DNA of 64,000 bases from an uncultured delta proteobacterium (GCA_963716725.1 CAVQUB010000009.1:32001-96000); one strand, 5' to 3'; counted from the first letter of the stretch, positions 1-9,747 are shown. The notes: generated by a model not told the origin, from the sequence alone. Numbers and translations: made by a program.

Positions 1-65
1 AGAGGAAGCCTTCCTCGCTCGCCCCGCGACTGGCAAAACGTCCTTCCGGCGCCTACCATTGACCC

Positions 66-557
66 ATGAGCGATCCGCCGTCGGTCAGTCGTCGCGCTCT
101 GCTGAGCTATGTCAGCGCGGGAGTCGCTGCGGCGGGAGCTGCGCCCAGCAGCGCCCCACGGCTCGCCCCAGAGGGAGTCACGGCCGCGCCCCTAGCGTCG
201 CTGCTGGCGCCGCTCGGGCCCGGCTCGGTGCTCGGTCGTTGGCGAGTCGAACGCCTGGTCGAGCCGAGCGGAGGCGCCGCCAGCATCGTGCTCTCGGATC
301 GCTCGGGGACCGAGTTCCAGCTCGACCTCTGCGCGCGCGACGGGTCCGCGCTGGCCAGTCATGGCCCCGCCTGCACCGAGCACTTCGAGCTCTTCGTGGC
401 GAACCAAGGCGACGGCGCCACCGGCACCCACGAAGATCATGGGCTCTGCGCGATGGCGGTCGGCGAGATCATCCGAGCCAACGAGGCCGAGGCCGATCGC
501 GGCGCCTTCGTCAGCTTGGCGGATTGCAGCGACGCTCGACGCCACGTGCGCTCGTGA
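66..557 (+). CDS. Hypothetical exported protein with twin-arginine-like signal
   Basis: SRRALL followed by a hydrophobic/Ala stretch; stop overlaps the next start (GTGA). Confidence 0.7.
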   Translation: MSDPPSVSRRALLSYVSAGVAAAGAAPSSAPRLAPEGVTAAPLASLLAPLGPGSVLGRWRVERLVEPSGGAASIVLSDRSGTEFQLDLCARDGSALASHGPACTEHFELFVANQGDGATGTHEDHGLCAMAVGEIIRANEAEADRGAFVSLADCSDARRHVRS

Positions 558-979
558 TCGTCGAAGCGACCGCCGAAGAGCTGAGCGGCGCGAGCGCGCT
601 GCCTCCCCATGGCATCTGGGTCGAGGTCTTCGGCGTGAACGCACCGATGCACGACTATCACGCGCCGGGCTTCAAGCAGATCGTGCTGGGCCTCCGGCGG
701 GCACGGGTGCGACGGGTGCCCTTCGCGCTCGTGTATCGCACGACGCGCTCGAACTACCGGCACGCCGTGGAGATGGTTCAGGTCGCGCACGCGCTCGGTG
801 CCCGCGCCGTCGGCTTTGCGCCGCCGGAGCCGGCCTGTCGAGTGCCCGCCGCCCAGCCCGAGCTCGCGGCGCCCTTCCTCGAACGCGCGTTCCAGGCCGC
901 TCGTGTCCTGGGCATGCCCATCGCCACCCGAGACCGCGCAGAGCCCAGCTCGGCGCTCGACTGGCTGCCGGAGCTCTGA
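554..979 (+). CDS. Radical-SAM-barrel-like fragment (C-terminal half, no CxxxCxxC)
   Basis: GTG at 554 overlaps the upstream stop; MHDYH..GFKQIVLGL..TTRSNYRH resembles the barrel strands of the rSAMs at 27183 and 56557. Confidence 0.5.
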   Translation: MIVEATAEELSGASALPPHGIWVEVFGVNAPMHDYHAPGFKQIVLGLRRARVRRVPFALVYRTTRSNYRHAVEMVQVAHALGARAVGFAPPEPACRVPAAQPELAAPFLERAFQAARVLGMPIATRDRAEPSSALDWLPEL

Positions 980-1052
980 GGGGCGGCACGGATCTTTCAT
1001 TGCTGGAGTAGAACCCCGGCATTCAGCCCGCGGGTGGCACAGGAGTGCGCCA

Positions 1053-1811
1053 ATGCCGACAGCACGATCATGGTCCGCGTCCCTTCTCTTCGCAGTCTTC
1101 GCCGTCGCTTGCGGCGGTTCGGTCGCCGCTGACAAGGACGGCACGGGTGGCGCGTCGGGCTCCGGCGGCAACGCCGGCTCCGGGGGCAGCGCAGGTTGCG
1201 GCGGAGCGGGCGCTGTCGCTTGCGGCAGCTGCGAATACGGCGGCAAGGTATACCAGGACGGGGCGGCATTTCCGGCAACCGACGGATGCAATACCTGCAA
1301 TTGCTCGAAGGGCTCGGTGGGGTGCACCTTGATGTTGTGCACCAACGGCTGCGACTTCAACGGTGCGCACTACGAGCCCGGCGAGTCCTTCCCGGCCGGC
1401 GACGGCTGCAACAGCTGCATGTGTCAGTCCGACGGCTCCATCGCCTGCACCAAGGCCTTCTGCGCTCCGGTCTGCACCTATGCGGGCAAAGACTACCAAC
1501 TGGGCGAGACGTTTGCGGCCATTGACGGTTGCAACAAATGCACGTGCACCGATCAGGGCGTCTCGTGCACGGAGATGGCCTGCGCCTGCGACGCCAGCAA
1601 AGAGTGGTGGCGCGACTACGTCGGCAAGAGCCCGCAGGAGTGCATGACCATCAAGTACGCCTGCCCGATGAACACCACACCGTTCAGCAATGCCTGCGGC
1701 TGCGGCTGCGAGCAAGACGCGAGCTGCCCGCAGAGCATCGACTGCATGCCGCCAGCGCCGAACTGCGATGCCCTGCAGAAGAAGTGCCCGTACTCAGGCG
1801 TCGCCTACTGA
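1053..1811 (+). CDS. Cys-rich lipoprotein with three pacifastin/VWC-like repeats
   Basis: AGGAG RBS; lipobox-like AVAC; Gly linker; 3x DGCNxCxC..G..CTxxxC. Confidence 0.8.
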   Translation: MPTARSWSASLLFAVFAVACGGSVAADKDGTGGASGSGGNAGSGGSAGCGGAGAVACGSCEYGGKVYQDGAAFPATDGCNTCNCSKGSVGCTLMLCTNGCDFNGAHYEPGESFPAGDGCNSCMCQSDGSIACTKAFCAPVCTYAGKDYQLGETFAAIDGCNKCTCTDQGVSCTEMACACDASKEWWRDYVGKSPQECMTIKYACPMNTTPFSNACGCGCEQDASCPQSIDCMPPAPNCDALQKKCPYSGVAY

Positions 1812-1922
1812 TCCGCCGAGTTCAGGGGTACGGGCGCTCCGACGGCCCGTCGCCGGGTCGCTTCGCCGCGGGGCCGATGAAATAATCCGGCGCCGCTCTG
1901 CGAATGGCCCCTCGGAGGCATC

Positions 1923-2465
1923 ATGCAGGCTGTCATCGATCAGTGGAACGGGCTGAGTTCTTGGGGCTATCGCGTCATGAGCGAGATCGGGGACGCTTTT
2001 TCAGGGGCGTTGGTCGTGTTCGTGCTCGGGCTCGTGCTGATGGCCCTGGCGGGCGACCGGATGGAAAAGCTCGAGGGCGAGATCGCCGCGCGGCCCGCGC
2101 GCTCCTTTGCCCTGGGCCTGATCGGCGTGGTCGGCGCGGTGGTGATCGGCATCACCCTGTGCGTGACCGTGATCGGTATCCCCTTTGCCATCGTGGGAGC
2201 CATGGTGGCGGTTCTGCTCACCTACGCCGGCGTCGTTGCCGTGCTCCGGACCCTGGGGGCAGCGCTGATTCAGCACCGGACCACGAACCGCTACCTGCAC
2301 CTGGCCCTGGGCTGCCTGCTCTTCTTCGTCGTGGGCTGCATCCCTTGGCTCGGGGGGTATCTCACTTTCGGCGTGCTCGCGACGGGCCTGGGCTCGGTGC
2401 TCGCAACGCGCGTCGCGGGGCTGTGGGGGCGGCCAAAGAACGGGGGCTCGTACGCCGCCGTGTGA
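1923..2465 (+). CDS. Integral membrane protein
   Basis: GGAGG RBS; four to five hydrophobic segments. Confidence 0.75.
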   Translation: MQAVIDQWNGLSSWGYRVMSEIGDAFSGALVVFVLGLVLMALAGDRMEKLEGEIAARPARSFALGLIGVVGAVVIGITLCVTVIGIPFAIVGAMVAVLLTYAGVVAVLRTLGAALIQHRTTNRYLHLALGCLLFFVVGCIPWLGGYLTFGVLATGLGSVLATRVAGLWGRPKNGGSYAAV

Positions 2466-2484
2466 CGCACTAGCCTCACCATCG

Positions 2485-3213
2485 ATGGAAGAGCTGATCA
2501 AGAACGCGAGCGAAGCGGACCTCTTGGGATTCTCCAAGACCTTCCTCGGCACCTACGGCGCCCACGGCTTTCAGTCTCTCGCCAAGCGCGACGCGGATCT
2601 GTTGCTCTTCTACGCGCTGGAGCACAGCGGCGTCGTGGACTCGCGCGAAGGCAACCACCAAGTGGCGCGCCGGCTGCGCCTGACGCCCACCCGTGTCTCG
2701 AACCTGCGTCGCGATGCTTGGGCGCGGTGGGCCGAGCCGAGCGACGTGCGTGAGCACCTGGCCCACACCTTCCGTGAGATCTTCGCGGCACCGGCCCTCG
2801 AGCGCGTGCTGCGACAGAACCGCGCGACTTGGAAGACCGATCGGCTCTTGCCTTTGTTGCTCGAGCACCCGAGCGATCGCAGCGAGGTCGAGCAGTTCCT
2901 CAAGGCGGCCAAGGACATCCCCCACCGCGCGCGAAACTCCGAGGTGCTCTTGATCCCACAGGACCAGGTCATCCCGCTGGTGGACTTCGCCGCCGAAGGC
3001 CTGGACAAGGCCGGTCAGAATCTGATCAAGAAGGCCTTCGCTTCCAACAAGAAGCTGAGCGACTTCCTGACTGAAGACATCTCCAGGATTTCTGCCACCG
3101 AGGCCCGGGCGGTCCTCAACAACACGGTGGGAGCGATCCTGGAGAAAGCCAGCGTGGATCTGGCGGCGAAGGGGCTCAGCGCGCTGGTGCTGGGCTACTT
3201 TGGGACTTCGTAG
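2485..3213 (+). CDS. Hypothetical protein, possible N-terminal HTH-like segment
   Basis: Protein-like 242-aa ORF; NHQVARRLRLTPTRVSNLR. Confidence 0.7.
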   Translation: MEELIKNASEADLLGFSKTFLGTYGAHGFQSLAKRDADLLLFYALEHSGVVDSREGNHQVARRLRLTPTRVSNLRRDAWARWAEPSDVREHLAHTFREIFAAPALERVLRQNRATWKTDRLLPLLLEHPSDRSEVEQFLKAAKDIPHRARNSEVLLIPQDQVIPLVDFAAEGLDKAGQNLIKKAFASNKKLSDFLTEDISRISATEARAVLNNTVGAILEKASVDLAAKGLSALVLGYFGTS

Positions 3214-3256
3214 TGAGCGTCTCGCCGGCAGACGAAGCCCGAGCTAAGCTGCGCCG

Positions 3257-3706
3257 ATGGCTGAAGCCACCGTGAGCGAATCCGCGGATGGATTGCTGGT
3301 CGAGCTCGACGAGAGCTTGTACCCAAAAGACGCGATCTACGGCGCGGCGTACGTGTTCATCGACCGCTGCTACGTACGCCTCGATCGACCCGCCCCCGGC
3401 CGCATCTCGCTTCGACTCAAACCGAAGGCCCACGTAGAGATCCCGCTCGCCACCCTGGCCGGTGAGCTCGAGAACGAGCTGCTCGGTCAGGCTTGGCGCC
3501 GACTCTTGATCGACGAGAATCGACGGATCGTCGAGACGGTGACGACCCAAGCGCTCGCCGGCGCGGCCGGTCCGCCGGGACTCGACGAGCTGCTCGAGAT
3601 GGATCTCGACGAGAAGGCCTTCGAGGATCCCCTTGGCATCGCCATGAGCTGGGAGGAGAAGTACAAGAAGCGCCCAGCGAAACCCGAGGGCGAAGGCGAG
3701 CCTTGA
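3257..3706 (+). CDS. hxsD: His-Xaa-Ser system protein HxsD-like
   Basis: LYPKDAIYGAAYVFIDRCYVRLD...LAGELENELL...ENRRIVE matches the HxsD pattern as I recall it. Confidence 0.8.
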   Translation: MAEATVSESADGLLVELDESLYPKDAIYGAAYVFIDRCYVRLDRPAPGRISLRLKPKAHVEIPLATLAGELENELLGQAWRRLLIDENRRIVETVTTQALAGAAGPPGLDELLEMDLDEKAFEDPLGIAMSWEEKYKKRPAKPEGEGEP

Positions 3707-3918
3707 TCACGCTGTCGTTTCCCCGTGATCTGTACGTGGGCGCCGCCGTCGACGCGGCCGCGAAGGCCTACGCCGAGCACGCGACGATCGAACTCGAGCA
3801 AACGCCCGAAGCGTACGTGCTGCGAGTCGTCGCGATCGGCGAGGCCAACGAGGAGCTGATCGCCGACGAGTTGGCGAACTACGCCCTGGGCGCCAGCGTC
3901 GAGCATCACGGCGAGTGA
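3703..3918 (+). CDS. Short HxsD-like protein
   Basis: TTGA overlap with hxsD; LY..AVDAAAKAY...IADELANYAL parallels the HxsD core. Confidence 0.65.
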   Translation: MITLSFPRDLYVGAAVDAAAKAYAEHATIELEQTPEAYVLRVVAIGEANEELIADELANYALGASVEHHGE

Positions 3919-3922
3919 GGCC

Positions 3923-4834
3923 GTGCCGCTCAGGTCGAACTCCTTCAACTTCGAGCCCGTCCGAGACGTGATGCGCCCCCGGGGGGCGGTCTGCCCCCTC
4001 GCGTCGGAGGCGGGCGTGGTGCCCGGCGCGCCCGATCCTGATCGCGCGGTCTTCCTCCGGCTCAAGGATCGAATGCGCCTCTTCGAGACTCGGACAGGAG
4101 ATTTCGACGACGGCGAAATCTCCCGGACCAAGGCCCTGGGGCAGATCTACGTGGACCGCAGCCTGAAGCAATGGCCCGACGACTTTCCGGACGATCTCGC
4201 GGCCCTCACGCCGGCGACAGAGTGCGTGACTTGTTCGCGACGCGAAGATTGTCCCGGCGCGTACCGCGCGTCTTCCCAAGATGTCTTCACCGCTGACGAA
4301 GCTCGCACCCGCGAGATCCTGCGTGGGCTCGAGGGCGCCGTGCTCGACATCGGCGCGGGTGACGCTCCCTACTTGGGCGATCTGGCACCTCGCGTGGAGG
4401 CGGGTCTGGCCAGCTACCTGGCGATCGATCCGGACGCGGAGCGGCTCGCGCTGCTGCGCAGCCGACATCCCTGGGCAGAGATCTTCGCTGGTGACCTCGA
4501 GGCTCTGCCGGCAGGTCGCCGGTTTGCTCATGCGCTGCTGCTGCGCAGCCTGAACCACGTGGCTGATCCCGCGCACTCCCTCGCGGTGATCTGCGAGCGG
4601 CTCGACGCCGGCGGCACACTCTCGATCGTGGACGACGTCGCCTTCGGTCTGATCCGCAGCGTCGAACAAGTGGAGCGCGCCTCCGCCGTTGGCCCGCGCT
4701 TCGAGCACCACCGCAACGACTCCGCCGCGGAGGTGATCGGCGTCGCTGCTGGGCTGCCGCTCCGACTCGTCGAGCGACGCGACGTGGGACCAGGCAGCAG
4801 CAATCAGTGGCTCTTGCGCTTCGAACGGGCGTGA
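3923..4834 (+). CDS. Class I SAM-dependent methyltransferase with N-terminal Cys-motif domain
   Basis: VLDIGAG motif I, AIDPD, SLNHV; CVTCSRREDCPG before the methyltransferase domain. Confidence 0.8.
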   Translation: MPLRSNSFNFEPVRDVMRPRGAVCPLASEAGVVPGAPDPDRAVFLRLKDRMRLFETRTGDFDDGEISRTKALGQIYVDRSLKQWPDDFPDDLAALTPATECVTCSRREDCPGAYRASSQDVFTADEARTREILRGLEGAVLDIGAGDAPYLGDLAPRVEAGLASYLAIDPDAERLALLRSRHPWAEIFAGDLEALPAGRRFAHALLLRSLNHVADPAHSLAVICERLDAGGTLSIVDDVAFGLIRSVEQVERASAVGPRFEHHRNDSAAEVIGVAAGLPLRLVERRDVGPGSSNQWLLRFERA

Positions 4835-4885
4835 TTCAGGCCGGTGGGGCTGTTCTCCGCACGGAGAGCGACGTAGTCTCGAGAG

Positions 4886-6004
4886 ATGAGGCGGCGTTCT
4901 CGTCGACATGAATGGGTCGCGCTCGTGTGCACGCTGTCGGCTGCCGCGCTCAACCTGCGCTGCGGTTCCAGCTCTGACACCACCGGCTCGGGGGGCCAGC
5001 CGTCCGGAGGCAGCGGCGCAACCAGCGGCGCCGGCGGCGCAGCCGGCCAAGGCGGCGGAGGCTCGACAGGAGGCGGCGGCAGTGCGGGCTCGGCCGGGAC
5101 GGGAGGAACCTCTGGCGGCGGCGGCACAGGTGGCGGCGGCGGCGCAGGTGGCGGCGGCGGCGCGGGTGGCGGCGGCGGCGCGGGTGGCGGCGGCGGCGCG
5201 GGTGGCAGCGGCGGCGCGGGTGGCAGCGGCGGCGCGGGTGGCAGCGGCGGCGCGCCAATGCCAAGTGGCGTCCCGGGCGCGTGGAAGCTGGTCTTCCAAG
5301 ACGAGTTCGAGGGCACCCAGCTGGACACCACCAAGTGGCGCCCGAACTGGTTCGGCTCCTCGGACACTGCGCTGACCAAGCCGCCCAACGATCTCGAGGT
5401 GAGCTGCTACGACCCGGCGCAGGTGAAGGTGACGCAGGGTTCGCTGGAGCTGACGGCAGTCGCCACGACGAAGTCAGGTTGCGTGAAGAAGGACGGCAGC
5501 AAGGCTCCGTATGCTTCTGGTCTGGTGATGAGTGATGGCCGCTACAACTTCAGCTACGGCTTTGTCGAAGCGCGCATCTGGCTGCCGCCAGGCACCGGCA
5601 CTCCGGAGAACTGGGCGGCCTTCTGGGTGAACGGCAAGACCTGGCCGGAAGACGGCGAGATCGACATCATGGAAACGTTGGGTGGCGGTAGCTCCACGCG
5701 CTGGACCTACCACTACGACGCCGACCCGACCGCCGGCGTCCTGCACAAGTTGATCACGGGCACCCCGACCAACATGATCAGCGACTCCGGGTGGCATGTC
5801 TTTGCCGCCAACTGGCAGCCGGACCAGATCAGGTTCTACTACGACGGAAAAGACGTCGGCGGGGTGACCTCGGCAGGTCTCGCGGGCGGTGCGAAGACGG
5901 CGAGCAGCCCGCACTACTTCATCCTCAATCACGGTTTGAACGGGAGCCATCCGGTCAAGGTGCCTTCCACGTTGAAGGTCGACTACGTACGGCACTGGCA
6001 GTGA
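4886..6004 (+). CDS. GH16 glycoside hydrolase, probable lipoprotein, Gly-rich linker
   Basis: WKLVFQDEF, WPEDGEIDIME (ExDxxE), VDYVRHWQ. Confidence 0.9.
   Translation: MRRRSRRHEWVALVCTLSAAALNLRCGSSSDTTGSGGQPSGGSGATSGAGGAAGQGGGGSTGGGGSAGSAGTGGTSGGGGTGGGGGAGGGGGAGGGGGAGGGGGAGGSGGAGGSGGAGGSGGAPMPSGVPGAWKLVFQDEFEGTQLDTTKWRPNWFGSSDTALTKPPNDLEVSCYDPAQVKVTQGSLELTAVATTKSGCVKKDGSKAPYASGLVMSDGRYNFSYGFVEARIWLPPGTGTPENWAAFWVNGKTWPEDGEIDIMETLGGGSSTRWTYHYDADPTAGVLHKLITGTPTNMISDSGWHVFAANWQPDQIRFYYDGKDVGGVTSAGLAGGAKTASSPHYFILNHGLNGSHPVKVPSTLKVDYVRHWQ
5113..5252 (+). repeat. 15-bp coding tandem repeat (GGAGG/GGAGS linker)
   Basis: Repeated GGCGGCGCGGGTGGC-type units. Confidence 0.85.
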
Positions 6005-6049
6005 GCGCCGGCTCTGCCGCCCCGCTTCCGATACGACCAAGCTGCCGGA

Positions 6050-6913
6050 ATGAAGACGCTCTTCGACACCGCCTGGACCCTCTCCAAGGACGCAGCGCGG
6101 ATCTTCTCGCAGCGCGGCGCACGACTGATGAGTGGGTCGGTCGCCTTCTACGCGTTGGTCTCCGTGGTGCCGATGCTGGTCATCGCCCTGGAACTGGCCG
6201 CGCTCTTCGTCGATGAGAGCCAGGCGCGCTCCGCCGTGTCGTCGGAGCTCGAGCGCTGGGTCGGTCCGAGCGGGGCCGCAACCATCGTATCGTTGGTCCG
6301 CGCCGTGCGGAGCCAGCCCCACTCCGGGATCACCAGCGTCATCGGCACGCTGATCCTGGCCTACGCCTCGACGCGCCTCTTCTCGCAGCTGACCACCGCC
6401 CTCGATCTACTCTGGGAGACCCCCCCGGAGCCCGAGGCCACCAGCTTCGGCGAGCGGGTCCGACGGCAAATCGCGCGACGCGGCCTTGCGTTCTCGATGG
6501 TGCTCCTGGTGGGGATCTTGCTGACCGCGACCGTGCTCTTGCATGGCGTGCTGGCCACCGGACGCCGAGTCCCGGGCTTCGACGCGCCCATCTCGCGCCT
6601 GATCGAGGCGCCGGTCTCGCTGCTGCTGACCTCGTTGCTCTTCGCCGCGATGTTTCGGCTCTTGCCGCGCGCCCAAGTGAAACTGCTCGACGCGCTGGTC
6701 GGCGGCGCGGTCACTTCCGTGCTCTTCACCGCCGGCTCGCTCGTCGTCAGCGCCTACATCGCGCGGCGCGACACCTCGGTCTACGGCGCGGCCGCCAGCC
6801 TGGTGGTGCTGTTGCTGTGGATGCACTACTGCGCGCAGGCCTTCTTTCTCGGGGCGGCGTTCACGGCCGCCCACGCCCGGCGGCGGGACCTTCTCGCGAA
6901 CGCCGAGGGGTGA
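6050..6913 (+). CDS. YihY/BrkB-family inner membrane protein
   Basis: SVAFYALVSVVP, YGAAASLVVLLLW.Y.AQ.FFLGAAF. Confidence 0.9.
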   Translation: MKTLFDTAWTLSKDAARIFSQRGARLMSGSVAFYALVSVVPMLVIALELAALFVDESQARSAVSSELERWVGPSGAATIVSLVRAVRSQPHSGITSVIGTLILAYASTRLFSQLTTALDLLWETPPEPEATSFGERVRRQIARRGLAFSMVLLVGILLTATVLLHGVLATGRRVPGFDAPISRLIEAPVSLLLTSLLFAAMFRLLPRAQVKLLDALVGGAVTSVLFTAGSLVVSAYIARRDTSVYGAAASLVVLLLWMHYCAQAFFLGAAFTAAHARRRDLLANAEG

Positions 6914-6962
6914 GACGCTGCGCCGCCCAGGTCTACCCCCGACAGCCGTTTCGAACCGGGGT

Positions 6963-7662
6963 CTAACACCCGTCTGGGCCGCACGCCGCGCCCTCGGGGA
7001 GCTCGGTCCCGTCGCCGCGCTCGCTCCAAGCCTTGGCGAGCACATCGAGCAGGACCGCGGGCGACTGGGCGCCGGAGACCCCGTAGCTGCCGATGACGAA
7101 GAAAGGCACGCCGCTGATGCCAAGCGCGTGCGCCTCCGCTTCGTCCGCGCGCACGTCGTCGGCGTAGCGGTCGCTGCCAAGCACCGAGGCCACTTCGTCC
7201 GCGTCCAACCCCGCTTCACGGCTGAGGCGAATGAGCGTCGAACCATCGCCGATGGCTTCACCCTCGGTCAGGTAGCCCCGAAGGAAGCGCTCCTTGACCG
7301 CGTCTTGCACGCCGCGGAGTGCAGCGAGGTGCAGCAGTCGGTGCGCATCGAAGGTGTTGCCCGGCCGAATGCGATCGAATCGAAAGTCGAGCCCGACCCC
7401 GCGGGCGACCCCCGTCATGCGGTCGATCATGGCCTGCGCCTGCTCCGCAGTGGTGCCGTACTTTCGTCCCAATCGCTCGGCGTAGTCCGCCGGCTCTCGC
7501 AGCTTGGGCGCCGATTCCGTCCAGCTCGAAAGCGCGCCAGGTGATTTGCACCCGCTGGCTCTCGGGGAACTGATCGAGCGCCGCTTCCAGCTGCCGCTTG
7601 CCCACGTAGCACCACGGACAGGCGATGTCGGACCACACGTCGATTCGAAGTCGCTCGGTCAT
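6963..7662 (-). pseudogene. DsbA/FrnE-family oxidoreductase with a +1 frameshift near 7517
   Basis: DVWSDIACPWCYVGKR..FELD in one frame; NTFDAHRL..GISGVPFFV..SGAQ in another; removing one base joins them. Confidence 0.85.
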
Positions 7663-7844
7663 GCCCGGCCTTCAATGTCGGACCGGAGTGGGACGACGTC
7701 CACCCCCACTCGGGCGCCGCGGTCGCTTCGAGCTGATGCGCGAGGGAAAGTCGATCCGGGGCTTCCGTCCGTGAGGCGTCGCAGGCACGCTCCCGGTCGG
7801 GCTTGGGCCCCCGCGTCGGGCCATCCATCGTCGAGAGCCGAGCA

Positions 7845-8675
7845 ATGAAACAGATCGAGCAACACAACAGCCTTGGCGGCAGCCAAGAGGTCTGGCAGCA
7901 CGCTTCCAGTACGCTGGGCGTGCAGATGAACTTCGCCGTCTACCTGCCGCCGCAGGCCAAGCAGGGGCCGTGCCCGGTGCTGTACTGGCTGTCGGGGCTG
8001 ACCTGCAACGAGCAGAACTTCATCACCAAGGCCGGGGCGCAGGTCTATGCGGCCAAGCACGGCGTGATCCTGGTCGTGCCCGACACCAGTCCGCGCGGTG
8101 AGCATGTCGCCAATGACGAAGCCTACGACCTCGGCCAGGGCGCGAGCTTCTACCTCAACGCGACCCGCGAGCCCTGGGCGCCGCACTATCGGATGTACGA
8201 TTACGTCGTGCACGAGCTGCCCGCGCTGGTGGACGCGCATTTTCCGACCACCATCGCGCGCGGCATCAGCGGCCACTCGATGGGCGGTCATGGCGCACTG
8301 GTCATCGCCCTGCGCAACCCGGGCATGTTCCGCAGCGTGTCGGCGTTCTCGCCGATCGTCGCACCCAGCCAGGTGCCTTGGGGCGAGAAGGCCTTCAGCG
8401 CCTACCTGGGCGATGACCGGGAGGCGTGGAAACAGTGGGACGCGACGGCGCTGGTCGCCAAGGCCGGCGAGCGCTTACCGCTGCTGGTCGACCAGGGCGA
8501 TGCGGACAACTTCATCGAAGAGCAGCTGCGCCCACACCTGCTCCGCGAGGCCTGCGAGGCAGTGGCACATCCGATCACACTGCGGATCCAGCCCGGCTAC
8601 GACCACAGCTATTACTTCATCGCCAGCTTCATCGGCGACCATCTGGCGCACCACGCCAAATTCCTGCGCGGCTGA
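7845..8675 (+). CDS. fghA: S-formylglutathione hydrolase
   Basis: [32 protein letters not shown]. Confidence 0.95.
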   Translation: MKQIEQHNSLGGSQEVWQHASSTLGVQMNFAVYLPPQAKQGPCPVLYWLSGLTCNEQNFITKAGAQVYAAKHGVILVVPDTSPRGEHVANDEAYDLGQGASFYLNATREPWAPHYRMYDYVVHELPALVDAHFPTTIARGISGHSMGGHGALVIALRNPGMFRSVSAFSPIVAPSQVPWGEKAFSAYLGDDREAWKQWDATALVAKAGERLPLLVDQGDADNFIEEQLRPHLLREACEAVAHPITLRIQPGYDHSYYFIASFIGDHLAHHAKFLRG

Positions 8676-8727
8676 TCCCGGGCGGCGATGTCTTCTCGCG
8701 AGCGCCGAGAGGTGAGAGGCTCGGGCG

Positions 8728-9747
8728 GTGAGACGCATTCTGTTGATCGGTAACCCGACGGCCCAGAGCGGCAAGAACGCGGCTCGCATCGAGCGCGCGC
8801 GGGCTCTTTTCGCAGAGCGCGGCGTCGAGGCCGAGCTGTTTCCGACCTTGCCAGCCGGCCGCACCGTCGCTGCGGTCACGGCTCGCGTCGCCGAGGCGCG
8901 AGACGCGACCCTCGTCGCCATGGGCGGGGACGGGACCTTTCGCGAAGTCGCCGCCGGCATCGTGGCCTCGGGCCGCGCCGACCATGTGGCCATGGGCATG
9001 CTGCCGACCGGGACGGCCAACGATCAGGGCAAGAGCTTCGGCCTCGCCGCCAGCGAAGATTCCCTCGAGCGCAACGTCGAGGTGGTGGTCGCGGGCCACG
9101 AGACCCGCCTCGACGCCGGCCTGCTCGAGTCCCTGGACGAGCGCGGCGCGCCGATCGAAGCGTGGCACTTCTTCGACTCCGCCGGCTGGGGACTGTCGGC
9201 GCGGGTCTTGGCGGTGCGCAACCGCGACCGCGAGCTGGTCGCCCAGCTCGGCCCGCTCAAGGAGCTGTACCGCGATCAGCTCGTCTACGCGGGAGCCCTG
9301 ATCCGCACCTTCCTCGAAGCCCAGGTGATCGACGACAAGTTCAGCGCGGCCGTCGACGTCGACGGCGCCTCGCACACCTTCCACGGGCTCACCGATCTGG
9401 TGATCAAGGGCACGCGCATTTACGGCGGAGCGTGGGTCTTCGACCGCACCAGCCGCCACGACGACGGCGAGTTCGAGCTGATCGCCTTCCGCGGCAAGCG
9501 CGAGTGGGCGAGCAAGGCCATCGTCGATCTCGACGGCAACCCCGTCACCGAAGAGATGCTGAATCGAATCGGAGTCGAGCACATGAAGCCGATCCGGGGC
9601 GCGCGCTTCGAGCTCAGCTTCGCGCGGGAGGGCGAGGTCCCGGTCTTTGCGCAGGTCGACGGCGAGGAGATCGCCTGCTCCGATCACATGCGCGTCAGCG
9701 TCTTGCCGCGGGTCATTCGCCTGATTGTGCCGGAGACGGCGCCGTGA
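8728..9747 (+). CDS. Diacylglycerol/lipid kinase family protein
   Basis: NPTAQSG, GGDGT, LPTGTAND, QVDGE. Confidence 0.9.
   Translation: MRRILLIGNPTAQSGKNAARIERARALFAERGVEAELFPTLPAGRTVAAVTARVAEARDATLVAMGGDGTFREVAAGIVASGRADHVAMGMLPTGTANDQGKSFGLAASEDSLERNVEVVVAGHETRLDAGLLESLDERGAPIEAWHFFDSAGWGLSARVLAVRNRDRELVAQLGPLKELYRDQLVYAGALIRTFLEAQVIDDKFSAAVDVDGASHTFHGLTDLVIKGTRIYGGAWVFDRTSRHDDGEFELIAFRGKREWASKAIVDLDGNPVTEEMLNRIGVEHMKPIRGARFELSFAREGEVPVFAQVDGEEIACSDHMRVSVLPRVIRLIVPETAP

Noticed and set aside
3707..5388. Long Ala/Arg- or Pro-repeat ORFs on the minus strand
   Set aside because: Shadow frames of the Gly-linker repeat and of real plus-strand genes in GC-rich DNA.
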